A stretch of DNA of 64,000 nucleotides from Eledone cirrhosa (taxonomy: Eukaryota). The stretch spans positions 66,712,001 to 66,776,000 of the forward strand of contig OZ024746.1 in assembly GCA_964016885.1 (NCBI GenBank), read 5' to 3'. Every line of letters starts with the position of its first letter. The first letter of the stretch is position 1. This document shows positions 23,391 through 35,500 of this stretch, piece after piece. The position numbers and the translations under genes are program-made. The notes beneath the pieces were generated by a model that searched no databases, was not told the origin of the DNA, and saw nothing but the letters and a program-made list of their open reading frames with translations.

Positions 23391-23709
23391 TGGCTGCCAA
23401 CTCGTTTTCGAGTACGGCCACTACTTTATATCCATGTAGGAGAACTCCTACAGATGCGCTGAACGAGTGTGACTTTTTAGTCCAACCAGCGACTTGAAAA
23501 CTATGGTACAAACACTACACTTGTGACAATTATTGACACATAGTGCTGGCCCCATGGTACTATGTGACGACAAGTGCAGAGAGATCTCCAGATATAAAGC
23601 AATGCCTGTGCCGTGAAGCTTTTATAGTGAGCAAAAGCACTGCACAAAGCCAGTCCCACTCTCTTAACCAAAATGATATTTACCAAAAAGAAGAACAAGT
23701 CAACATCAT
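21985..23709. repeat. Inverted repeat pair (~325 bp arms: 21985-22310 and 23384-23709) around microsatellite-rich spacer
   Basis: Arms are reverse complements with scattered mismatches; a short third copy lies at ~21778-21820. Confidence 0.9.
22492..22552 (-). ncRNA. Type I hammerhead ribozyme motif
   Basis: TTTCATT-CTGATGA-stem II (TTGA..TTAA)-GAAA-C AACTG G-TA-AATGAAA; 7-bp stem I, GUA triplet. Confidence 0.75.
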
Positions 23710-23805
23710 AGGAGAAGGAAATATATATATATATATACATATACATACACACATATATATATATATATATATACCTACACACACATATACATACACATAC
23801 ATATG

Positions 23806-23836
<31 letters not shown>

Positions 23837-24058
23837 GCATATATATATATATAAGAAAAAGCATAAATATTATATATATAAAAAAACATAAATATTGTAT
23901 ATATAAAAATAAAAAGTTGGGAATACAACAAATAATAAATAAAAAATTAATTGGAAAAGGGTATAAATGTTTATAGCTGATTTAGAGCACTCAACAAGTC
24001 CTGGAGCAAATGATCAATGAAAATAAGCATTAAATAACTGTATGTAATTATGCATATG

Positions 24059-24113
<55 letters not shown>

Positions 24114-24541
24114 TAATATTATTACTATATATATATATATATATATATACATATATATACATACACACACACACACACAAACATAAACACAGAAATACAC
24201 ACACACACATACATACACATACATACATATACGTATACATATATACACACACATAGGAAAAAGTCTGACCCCACGGCAGAACTCAAGCCGTTTCTAAGGC
24301 TATTATATACACACAAAACCATTATATAAAAATACATATACACGCACAAATATACACACGCCCACACACACATTAAATCTATATATACACACATACATAC
24401 AAACACATATATACATATATATATATATACATATACATATATATATATATATATACACACACGCACAAACACAACAGAAGCATATAAAATACAACTATAT
24501 ATACATATACATATACATACAGATAAATATAAACATACATA

Positions 24542-24583
<42 letters not shown>

Positions 24584-24620
24584 TACACACATATACGCAA
24601 CACACACGCACACACACAAA
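22645..24620. repeat. Extended (TA)/(CA)/(TACA) compound microsatellite region
   Basis: Direct inspection; interrupted by the inverted-repeat arm at 23384-23709. Confidence 0.9.
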
Positions 24621-24851
24621 TATAAATATCTAAAAATAAAAAAATTGGGTATGTGAAGGGTAAGGCAGAAAGTAGGGGGGAAAATAAGGAAAATAAATGA
24701 CATAGGAAAAGGTTTAAATATAAGGGGAGATAAGGGAGAAAGAGAATACGAGAGTACAGAAAGTGAATTCAGAAGGTAAAAAAACCGTAGTTAATTTAAG
24801 GCGTAGAGAGCAGAGAAGGAGTTCAGGGTGGTTGAGTTATCGTAGGATAAC

Positions 24852-25430
24852 TCAGTTACAGATCAGATGTGATTTCAGGTGAGGACAACATCTGAAGATC
24901 TCGGTCTTTGAGTTCAGGCAAGCAGAAGTGGCTTTCAAATTTTGTAAAATCCTATATTTTTCAGTGGTACACAAAGAACAATTCTTTGTGCCCCTTTGGT
25001 ACTCCCTCAAATGGTCTAAAATAGACCAATCGATAGTGTACGGGATGTTTTTATCCTTGAATTCCCACACCTTACTTGCGAGGGCCGTTGCTGTTCTTTT
25101 ATCGGAGTGCTTAAAAGAAGCGACATGTGCATAAAACTTGGTTTTAAACCTGTCCTGGGTCATGCCTACATATCGTTCACTCCGGGCTGGCTGGTTGTTG
25201 ATTAAAGGTGTCACTTTGGCCTCATATACAACGGATTTGGCTTTAGATTTGCCCTGTAATGGACATTCATCCGGCTTCCTGCAACTGCATCCTGGATTTG
25301 TTCTCGTACGATTTGAATTAGTGATCTTAGAATTCATTGATGGGCAACAAGAGTAACTGATCTTAACTACATTTCTATTAAATATCTTATAATATCTATG
25401 ATTAGGAGGAAAATGTTTATCTAAGAGGTC
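24852..25430 (-). mobile_element. Penelope-like element (Naiad-like) 5'-truncated ORF: linker, Zn motif and GIY-YIG endonuclease
   Basis: Frame extends upstream of the listed ORF: LDKHFPPNHRYYKIFNRNVVKISYSCCPSM..CSCRKPDECPLQG..VVY..YVGMT..FK..H..SF..TALAS.VW..W.IL..C.LC..EK. Confidence 0.85.
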
Positions 25431-26240
25431 ATATATATATGGGGGAGGCTTTCACGCATGCATGTGGCGTTCTGTGTGTGCGATTAGGATCCAAAAGTTT
25501 TCAGAACATACATGGTCATAATGCCACGAATCCATAACAGAAACCTCCCAATAAAATTTGTTGTTAAGTTTTAATTTTTACCGTTTTTCAACTTCAAATT
25601 TAACTTGGTTCTTTAAAAAAATGTTTGACACGTGGTAACATATGTCCAGAAATTCTTTTAGTGTCTGTTGGTATGAAGGGTGGTGGAAGCATTTCTGAAT
25701 GGGGGGGGGGGGGATTTGGACAATTTACTTGTAGTGATTAGTTTAGTTCTTTGCCCTATAAAATGGTGAGAAAACTTAGATATGCGATAAACATAACATA
25801 TACATAAACTGCAGCGCATATCCAGATAGATGTGTGTATCCAGATAGATGTGTAGGTAGGCTGTCGAATCGGCTGGAGTTCAGCCGTCTGGGTCCTGACT
25901 CTTTTCCTATATATATATGTATATATAAAATTAAAAACGGTGTTAAAGTCTCGCGTAAATCTCCTGTAATTTAATGAGTTGAAGGGATTGAATGCGGGTT
26001 CTTTATAAGACAGCATATAGAGAAAAATACACAAAGAGGTATATGTTCAATTATAGGGGATAAAATACCACCAGAGTGAAAAAACATATTGTCTAAGAAA
26101 GGGATGGAGAATACATATCAATTAAAAGAATAAAGTAAAATGCACAAACCATCGACTATGTTGCATATATGCATACACACACACACTCATATATATATAA
26201 ATTTTGAGTATATTTTGGTTGTTTACCGACACCAATTCGG

Positions 26241-26295
26241 ACTGCCTGAAGAGGTAACCGCCAATGATGGCTGTCACCGAAATATATATAGCAGT
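26241..26295 (+). ncRNA. Type I minimal hammerhead ribozyme (PLE type), intact core
   Basis: ACTGC-CTGAAGA-GGTAAC..GTCACC-GAAA-T ATAT A-TA-GCAGT; G10.1-C11.1 pair, palindromic loop 3, AUA triplet. Confidence 0.85.
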
Positions 26296-26346
26296 ATATC
26301 TATAATTTGTAAGAAATGAAGCCAAATTTTACATATTTGACTTAAT

Positions 26347-26438
<92 letters not shown>

Positions 26439-26528
26439 TTAGGTTAATAGGAGTTAGGTATTGTATACCCGTGTCTCATTAAGGTATTGGCAGCATAATA
26501 ATTAGCTCTATGCTTTGGAGCAGAGCCG

Positions 26529-26875
26529 TATATATGATAACGATCACAAGAGCGTCTACAACATCAAAAGATTTTTATTGGCTTACAATGTTTCTTCCTA
26601 ACGTAACCGTAGGATTCGTCAGAGCTATAAAAGGGGTTTGATTGGTGTTATGGACTCTACCAACCAAACATTCAAGAACAAAGAGTAAAGAGAGTAAAGA
26701 ACAACAGTTTTGCTCTTTACTCTCTTTACTCTTTGTTCTTGAATGTTTGGTTGGTAGAGTCCATAACACCAATCAAACCCCTTTTATAGCTCTGACGAAT
26801 CTTACGGTTACGTTAGGAAGAAACATTGTAAGCCAATAAAAATATTTTGATGTTGTAGACGCTCTTGTGTTCTTT

Positions 26876-26885
<10 letters not shown>
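26529..26885. repeat. Near-perfect palindrome (~175 bp arms) with a hammerhead-like motif on each arm
   Basis: Centre ~26707; GCT-CTGACGA..GAAA-CATTG-TA-AGC at 26788-26834 (+) and its mirror at 26580-26626 (-). Confidence 0.92.
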
Positions 26886-26912
<27 letters not shown>

Positions 26913-27298
26913 GTGTATGTGTATGCATATATACGACATAGTCGAATCTGACCTAGAACCATACAAATGATAATGGAAAACTCTCATGGAACAACCTAAA
27001 TCCATAGTCAGTACTAAGACTATAGTCACACCTGGCATGAAAAAATACTACCGCCATCAAAATTAATAATATATTTCCTATAGTTAACAACAGTACATCG
27101 TACTTATCATGTATAACTATTCCACTATTTGTCTCCCACGGATGTCCAAGATATTTCCGTCTCCCTTCATATTAATCGTTTTTTTATAAAACAAATTAAA
27201 GTACCTTAATTTACTACGTCGATATCATTAAACATATCAGCTGAAAGAAATCTCATTATCCGTGATACCAACGTAAACATAATCATAATTAATATAGT

Positions 27299-27451
27299 TG
27301 ATAATAACAACTATATTAATTATTGTTTCTACTGTTGGCACAAGGCCAGCAATTACCCAGTGCATTACAAATAGAGTACCAGTAATGCACTGTGAAATTG
27401 CTGGCCTTGTGCCAAAAGTAGAAACAATAATTAATATAGTTGTTACTATCA
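27299..27451. repeat. Short palindrome made from the SINE S 3' end plus flank
   Basis: GTTTCTACTGTTGGCACAAGGCCAGCAATT mirrors AATTGCTGGCCTTGTGCCAAAAGTAGAAAC; mirror extends into non-SINE flank. Confidence 0.85.
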
Positions 27452-29024
27452 TTGCCATCGCCTTATTTGACATGGTCATTATCACCGTCATTATACTCTA
27501 CCGTCGTCATCATCAACATCATAATCATTGGTATCATCATCAAAGTAAAACCGTGCGTCATGTTCATTAATGATCATCATCACCGCCTTGATTATGGTGA
27601 TCCTCATCAACGTCAGTGCCAGCGTTCCCATTATTATTGTCATCACGTGAAAGATTAATTTTAATCTAAACACGAATTTCAATAAATAATTCTCTATCAT
27701 AACTCAGTCCTCAGGGCAAAATCGAAACGTAAAGAAAGAAAAAAATCACATTTGAAGTAGAAACTCAATTAGACACCCTCCAGCGGAATTTATATTTATT
27801 TATTTTCCTGGATTCAAAGCTCATATTATTTTCTACTTTTCTCATATCTAATTGTGTATTAAACAGTTTTGAAAGAACAGTTTTGATTAACAACGATTTC
27901 CTTAGGTGAGTATACACTTCGTTTAATTTTCCTCTACAGGTTTCGGTGATTGATCGCATGATTATGCTGGGGCACCCTAATTGTTTTTAAATTCCTAATA
28001 TCCACTGTAATGCCTTTTACGGTGAATATTTCATCGTTCAATAATATATATGTATATATACATATAAGGACTCGTAGGTCACTAAACTGAGGCAAGCATA
28101 TATATCTGCAACTTTGAGTGAAAGTTTTGCTGGTCTTGATTTCTATGGCACCTTGGAAAACTTTACAAATAAGGTTTACTCTGTGTGAGCTGAGGTACGT
28201 GATTTCAGAAACTGAAAATACTAGAGAATTTGGATGAAATCGAACATAATATCAACCAGCTACTGGAAAGTAAGCATAATCTTAATTGAAAGCTCGTGAA
28301 TCAGAATCTTGTTATGCAGCCGTCTGATGAGAAAGCCTACAAAGATCACCACTCAACCCTGCAATGCGAACTTCACAGGATGAAAATCAGAGTTTGAGCA
28401 AACGCTTTTCTGAAATTCAACAGATTCAACAGATTCAAAGTCGTTTAACATCAAACACAGACAAACACGAACATATGGTAAAAAAAGGTATAATAGTCAG
28501 AGCACGACTATACGATGAATTAGATCTAATTGGCGTGTAACATAAATGCTCGTTTCAGGAACACGCAGGAACTTGTGAAAGAAAGCGCAATCAGCCTTGC
28601 CTGCTTTCGAGAACATTTAGCTAGCAATCATTTACAAATTTCCCTGTCCTATTCGAATTCCCCCTGTACAAATGATAACACATGTATATAACATTATGTT
28701 TCTAACCAAATCATGAATAGCTGTCTACTTTTCTCGAAATGGATTTTGGATTTTATATCTTGTCATAATCGAACCAGTTCTCGTTATTCTTTCTTTATAT
28801 ACCAATCTCACCAGCTGCTAGACGTAAGCATAATTTACAAATATATCTGTTGCTAATTTAGTCCTATATTTATCAACACTTTTCATGTGTGTAGCAACAC
28901 TTTTCTATAGTGTAGGAGTTTCACCACATATTCCCCTATGTTGATGAGATCTTTCAAAATACATAGAAACATTACATGTATATCAACTCAAAGTATGGAT
29001 TTCTTGATTAGTGGTAGTAATAAT

Positions 29025-29152
29025 TGTTTCTACTTTTGGCACAAGGACAGCAATTGCCCCAATTCATTTCTGGTGCTTTATTTTATCGACCCCGTAAGGA
29101 TGAAAGGTAAAGTTAACTTCAGCGGGATTTGAACTCAGAACGTAAAAGGCCA
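29025..29152 (-). mobile_element. SINE family S, 5'-truncated, 16-bp TSD
   Basis: TSD TAGTGGTAGTAATAAT at 29009-29024 and 29153-29168. Confidence 0.88.
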
Positions 29153-29465
29153 TAGTGGTAGTAATAATATAATCGATAAAGTGAGGAGATTGTAGATGAC
29201 CCCACAATCTATTACATTTAGGCTTCTCTCTGGAGAGAATGTTGTTTACGAGCAGTGAGTTCATAGAATAATACGACAAAGCCATAATATATTAGCGGTA
29301 TAATCTCTCTCTCTCTCTCACTCTCTATCCCTATCTCTCTCCCTCTCTCATTCTTTCTCCCTTTCTCTCTCTCTCTGCATCGATCTATCTATCTATCCCT
29401 CCATCTCTCTCTCTTTATATATATATATGTAAGAATATTTTCGAAATAGCGAGTGGGTGTGAAAT

Positions 29466-29803
29466 TATTAGAAATGTAAGCTATCGCCGTATTTTGACTA
29501 AAGAAATTAAAGAAATTATTTAGCTTGATTGTGGGGTTAAGAACCCTCGGAGAAATGGAAAAAGATGAGTATTGACGTGCATGGGAGTCGAACCACATCT
29601 TTGGTTATCCGGATCACTGTGCTACCATTTACCCCAACATATCACCCGTCTTTTTCCGTTCAAATTAGAAGCTATAAACTTAGCGACTGTACGTCAATAC
29701 TCATCTTTTTCCATTACTCCGAGGGTTATTAACCCCACAATCAAGCTAAATAATTTCTTTAATTTCTTTAGTCAAAATACGGCGATAGCTTACATTTCTA
29801 ATA
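29466..29803. repeat. Inverted repeat (~110 bp arms) enclosing a tRNA-like head
   Basis: 29466-29578 is the reverse complement of 29691-29803. Confidence 0.88.
29573..29643 (-). pseudogene. tRNA-like sequence (pseudogene or SINE head)
   Basis: Minus strand GATATGT TGGGGTAAATGG...GGTTCGACTCC CATGCACGTCA: A-box, B-box and an imperfect acceptor stem. Confidence 0.55.
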
Positions 29804-29846
29804 ATATATATATATATATATTTATATATCTGGCAGGAAAGTATAC

Positions 29847-29885
29847 GTTGCTGACGATAGCTAATAAGCTTGAAACTAGTACAGC
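29847..29885 (+). ncRNA. Type I minimal hammerhead motif
   Basis: GTTG-CTGACGA-T AGCT AATA AGCT T-GAAA-CTAG-TA-CAGC; palindromic stem III ACTAGT. Confidence 0.7.
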
Positions 29886-30030
29886 ATTCCTTTGTGAGTG
29901 TTGAACAAACGAGCAACGATGGTTGCCAGACACTACGGCTTAATACGGGATGTTTGTTTACAAACACACCTAGCATTATAGTGAATGTTCGGTGAATCCA
30001 TACGTACATATATATATATATGTGTGCATG

Positions 30031-30070
<40 letters not shown>

Positions 30071-30242
30071 CTACTGTACGTCTGTATACATATATGTATA
30101 TACGTGTACATACTTATATTTAAGTAACAGCCGTACTAAGAGTGAGAAATGAAATTTCGTTTCATTTTTTCCGTTTATCGTTTTCGGTGCACCCGGCCGA
30201 TTAACCCACTCGATATGCAAATTGGGCTACTCAACCGTTAAT

Positions 30243-30318
<76 letters not shown>

Positions 30319-30324
<6 letters not shown>

Positions 30325-31099
30325 GACCTAAAAGAAGAAAATTTTAAAAATTAAAAATTAACTTACTTACTAAAGTTTTCACTCCAACTAATTAATGTAA
30401 CTACAGAGAATTCCTTACGTCATCAGGGAGTCTATTCTCAGCTAAGTTCCCAGGCAATGCGCGGACACTAGGAACCCATATAAAAAGGTACTAAGACATA
30501 ACATATATATTTGCTAGCATGGGTTACATCTGTATACATATGTTGGTAGATATACTAATTCTCTATATTTAGCTCCAAATTATTTGTTGAGTAAAACTTG
30601 CCAAAATTTACTGCCATGGTTCATGGTAGTAGTAGTAGGCACTTGTCATAATACCACCCCACTCCTCACTGATTGACATCAGTGTCACGTGATTGATTCT
30701 TTAGAATTTGCCACTGACCCAGTAGGCAGTGATTTTTTTTCAGTGCTCTGGAATTTAGTCCCCGCTCGCTTTATTCCATCCACTGAATTATTATTTTTAT
30801 ATGGGTTCCTAGTGTCCGCGCATTGCCTGGGAACTTAGCTGAGAATAGACTCATTGATGACGTAAGGAATTCTCTGTAGTTACATTACGTAACTATATTT
30901 ACTCCCTTACAGAAACTAATTAGTTGGAGTGAAAATTTTAGTAAGTAATTAATTTTTTATTTTTAAAATTTTCTTATTTTACGTCTTTCATATAATTGTT
31001 CTGCATCCCCCTGCATATAACCACAAAGGTACTAAGACATAACATATATATTTGCTAGCATGGGTTACATCTGTATACATATGTTGGTAGATATACTAA
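30319..31099. repeat. PLE-like pLTR remnant: inverted arms 30319-30486 / 30794-30992 plus direct repeat 30484-30559 / 31025-31099
   Basis: Direct comparison; degenerate hammerhead at 30849-30930 (+) and 30381-30431 (-). Confidence 0.8.
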
Positions 31100-31110
31100 T
31101 GCTCTCGCTC

Positions 31111-31219
<109 letters not shown>

Positions 31220-31758
31220 GGGTGTGTGCAGGTTTATGTCTGTGTGTGTATATTTACAGTTAATAAACACACACTGAAATTCAAAATATTCTTTAGCCGC
31301 ACGCAGTAGTATGACTGAATTTATATACTCTAACAATATTCTAACACAAGATTCTTTAATACGCTCGATGTTGCAGAATGATCTTTTTTAATAAAATTAA
31401 ATGGATATTTGTGTTTCAGACTTCTGTAATTTTTCACTGACACGGATTTTGAATATGCTTTATCTCCCTTCAGGTAAAAATTCAGAAAGTGAAATCAACT
31501 TATAATTCATGGATGCCGTATATTAATATTTCAAAGCACGCTACGAAATACAGCATAAAAATATGTTATGTATATTACATGATGGCGGATATACGCCAGA
31601 CAGGTTTCATTAATTTGAGGTTTTGTAGCTCTATCTTCCGTTCCGTAGTCGTTACAGTAGTAATCCTTTTTTTATAATATTCTCATATTTTATTTAACTG
31701 TTCGAGATAAAAATGCCGTAGGATGTTTATGACCAAGAATATTGTGGTAGAATTAATG

Positions 31759-31794
<36 letters not shown>

Positions 31795-31939
31795 CAATTG
31801 GGAGTTATATATTCTGACTAGGAAGAACATGATCAGCTAGGTACTCAACATATTGGAACGTAGCGTGTATGTACTTTAAATAATTAGTGCCCGTAGGGTG
31901 AGCTCACGTCCTCTCGACGACGAATGGTTTCCATTCTCC

Positions 31940-32270
31940 GTCATGTAGATCTATATTCTCCGAATATATAGATCTACGATGCTGTTGAAGAGCTTTTTCA
32001 TCTGTTTTGAATGTCTCAGATTGTGTTTGTTCGAAGAGTTTGCTGGCGAACTGGAAGGGGTCTCTGAAGAAGCAATCTCTTGCGTGTTTCCTTTTGTTTG
32101 TTTTCTTCCTAGCTGTTTCTGCTTTGCCTAGGGCAAGGCGTTTTGCTTTGAGATGTCACCAGATTTTTTTTATAACACTTGGATCTCAAGGGCTGAGACA
32201 ACCATTATCTGATTTTGAAATACCCTCATTTCCACCCAATGTTATCCATCTCTACCCTATACACTAAGCT
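31940..32270 (-). mobile_element. Hero/NeSL-like non-LTR retrotransposon fragment (pre-RT region)
   Basis: Minus-strand translation LKAKRLALGKAETARKK..RKHARDCFFRDPFQFASKLFEQTQS..DEKALQQH..SIYS resembles the RAE..R..F..DPF.F.K.L...SG.L....L..HL...YSD motif. Confidence 0.55.
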
Positions 32271-32354
32271 CTGTTTTGTGTTAAACAAAACTATTCGTAA
32301 TATTTACAGCTGTGAATTTGATCGGGACGATATTGACTATCAACTCAGTTCAAT

Positions 32355-32500
32355 GAAGGCGCATGGCTTAGTAGTTAGAGCATTATGCTTTCAATCGAAA
32401 GGTAGTGAGTTCAGTTCTCGGACCGGGTGATGTGTTGTTTTCTTGAGCAAGACACTTTATTTCACGTTGGTCCAGTTTACTCGGCTGTAGAAATGAGATG
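32355..32500 (+). mobile_element. tRNA-derived CORE-like SINE (octopus OR-type), 5' part
   Basis: A-box TGGCTTAGTAG, B-box GAGTTCAGTTC, CORE-like TCTTGAGCAAGACACTTTATTTCAC...GCTGTAGAAATG. Confidence 0.7.
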
Positions 32501-35500
32501 ATAGGTCTGGGGTCCCTATCATTAAATTACCCAAGACACCTCCAACAAGATATACCTTCGATGAGGCCAGCTAAACTTGCATAGGTGTGAGCTGTAACAA
32601 CAAATCAGTTCAGCGAATATATGCAGAAATTGCACAAAGACCTCCCTATTTGAAAAGTTACAGCTGTACTTCTAATAGACCAATATCAACACAATCCTTC
32701 TTTATGTGCTTGTGTAGTTATTTTATCTGCATTCTTAAAAACATTGTATTTGTAAAGACACAATTGTAAACATTCTGACCGAGATTTTTAAAATCACAGA
32801 GTTCACATGAATATATATATTTGATATATATATATCACACGTCCTACTTTATGGTCCAATGAAATATAATCGTAAATTTAGTTTCGGATTGATATTTATG
32901 ATTTCATTTCATTGCTATTTGTTAATGAACAACGATATAAGGTCAATTAATAATGAAATCTGTGGATACTCATATATTGATAGTATTATTCTGTTTATTC
33001 TACTTAGTTGCCTCTAATACGTATTAGTAGCATTCTCAAGTGAGTAATAATCACATTGCGATACAAGCCAATCAATCGTAAAGGTTTCAATTTCAAATAC
33101 ATCATCTGTATAAGGTAATATGCTCGATTCACTGTTGAAGAAAATATTATCCCGCTTAATTAATCTCCGTTGCCTGCGATCAGATGTTTCGAAGCCCTCG
33201 TGCTAATTATATTGAATTATCCATTATTTCAATCTACCAAACAATGTGTTACATATAAATACACAGTTGCAACGAGAAGGCATTCACTTCCTTCGGATAT
33301 TTAGTTTTCCCACCATTCTATTATTTCTTACCATACAATTATCTTACTAGAATTGAATGTGCATTTCTCTCTCTTTGAATCTAAATACAAGGGTGCGGAA
33401 CTAACACACAATCAAAAACGTTTATCCAAAATTATATTTCAAGCATTATATCAAAACTGTAATTGAATCATCACGTATTTCCTGGTAATTATTATGGAAT
33501 CCCCTTCCAGTCTTCTTATTAATTAATTTTCCCTAATATATAGTGAAATTTACGTTGTTTGGTTTCTTTTCTATATATGATATTGGCATGTCACGCACCA
33601 TCAATATCTGGAATATACTCGTTATATTATCTCCAAATAGGAATCAATAGTTCAAGCGTTTATATTGCTCTCTGTATCAATATTCCTAAGAAATGCCGTA
33701 TAGAGAATAACGTTTAATCCCGTGATTATTATGTTATCAACTCCGAATTGACATTTTTTATCGCGTAGGATGCAGAAATGAGTGCATGAATTCAAATTTA
33801 CTGTACTCTTTAGTCAGAGAAGGAACGTCAATATCTAAAACTATTTTCAGAACCACAGTGAAATGCAGAGTGGAAACACACGGCACGTTTGCCCGAAAGC
33901 TTGCAAGTGTTTGGCTTTCACTTGAGCTAATCAAATGTGCTGCTAAACATTCTGGCAGTTAATGTCTGCTACGATAAAGTCACATTTAGGTAGCACTAGA
34001 GATCGCGACCGACATTGAAAAGGTTCCATATATCTACAGTCATTGAAAAATAAAAATTAAAGATTACAATGACAGTATTTGAATCTGCAATGATGAGCAG
34101 TAACAAATACAAGACATTTTCCTTCGTTCTAAACTTTGACTGAGTGATGATAAGGATTTTCGAAAAATAAAACATACACACTATTTTGGGCACTTCAGAA
34201 ATATAGTCCATTATTCTGACCATATATTCAACGAACAAAGTATGACAATTTACATAGATAAAGAACAATATATAAAATATCCATTAATACACTCAAAACT
34301 TATTCTTGTATTAATATTCACTCACCTGCTTGTTTATGTGCAAGTTTTGTTAATTCGTGTTCATATATTCGAAGATACATATATCCAGGAGCTATACTAT
34401 TAATTAACTTATTTAAATGAGCAGCTGTTTTAATATCATAAATAGAAAATAATTCTATGAAAAAGACATGTCATTTAAAAGAATTACACAACGGTTCATT
34501 TAATTGTGGAGACTGTAAGCAGTAAGTATATCCTATTGATTTATATTGATTTTTTTTGATAATCATGCACATTTTTGTCATATTTCCTTCATTAAAAAGG
34601 AATATAATTTCTTGTTACACGCACACATTCGTACATAAATCTCCAGTCTAAACGAGCGGCATCCTTAAAAATCTAAATTTTCTTTCTACAAATAGTTTAT
34701 TTTGAATATATAACATATTTCTATATAGAGATAAGTAAACAATTTAAAGTCTTATCTTTTCGATTTATAGTAGTATGGTACCTAACGTTTGGACATCACC
34801 TGAAAAATATGCTGCGCACAAAATATATTACAATTAAGCCAACATAAAACATATGAATCGCAATGAATAGTCTAATCCAACAAAAATATAAGATTGTGTA
34901 TCTATTTTGCATCGTCTGCCAGGATTATGTAAAATATAGTTTAAATTAATTTCTTGAAAATATTCCGATATATATCCAGAAGGTAGAGCAATTAATTAAT
35001 GAATTACACATGTTTATGTTGTGTCTGATGTAAAAACGTTAACAAGTTAAATTCAATGAGGATGTAGGTGTAAGAAGAGAAGATTGGAAGAGGTATTATG
35101 TATATATCAGGGAAACGGTAAAATAGGTTGGGACGCTTTGGTGGGGATATCCAATTAGTAATTCTAGAATCCATTGTATTGGCGATAGAGGGAAAAACAC
35201 AAATATCCATATCAGGAGTGAAATGTTAATTACATATTTGCTAATCTGTCGAGAGGCCAACCTTTGATGTATTCTTTGATATAATTTTGATTATATATGT
35301 CAATGTCCAAATTGGCTCGTACCATGACGTATTATAGGCATATCATCCAATCAGGTAGGAAATATTCACTTGACCTTAAGAGCAACGATTCCTTGTATTA
35401 CATTTATCAATATATGTTATGGGGGTCGATGAATCAATGTGGAGCGTAGCATTTGTAGTCTGTATGTTATAGCCAGTGTGTATATTATAGCCAGAAATCT

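Noticed and set aside
22567-24703. YI/CV/HT-repeat ORFs (also at 37.6, 46.7, 53.6, 57.9 and 59.1 kb)
   Set aside because: Translations of dinucleotide and tetranucleotide microsatellites
24852-24860. Terminal TGA of the Naiad-like ORF as selenocysteine
   Set aside because: Lies at the expected C-terminus; no internal in-frame TGA and no SECIS recognised
26575-26839. Twin 65-aa ORFs on opposite strands
   Set aside because: Artefact of the palindrome
28100-28660. Possible decayed gag-like coding sequence
   Set aside because: No sustained frame or diagnostic motif
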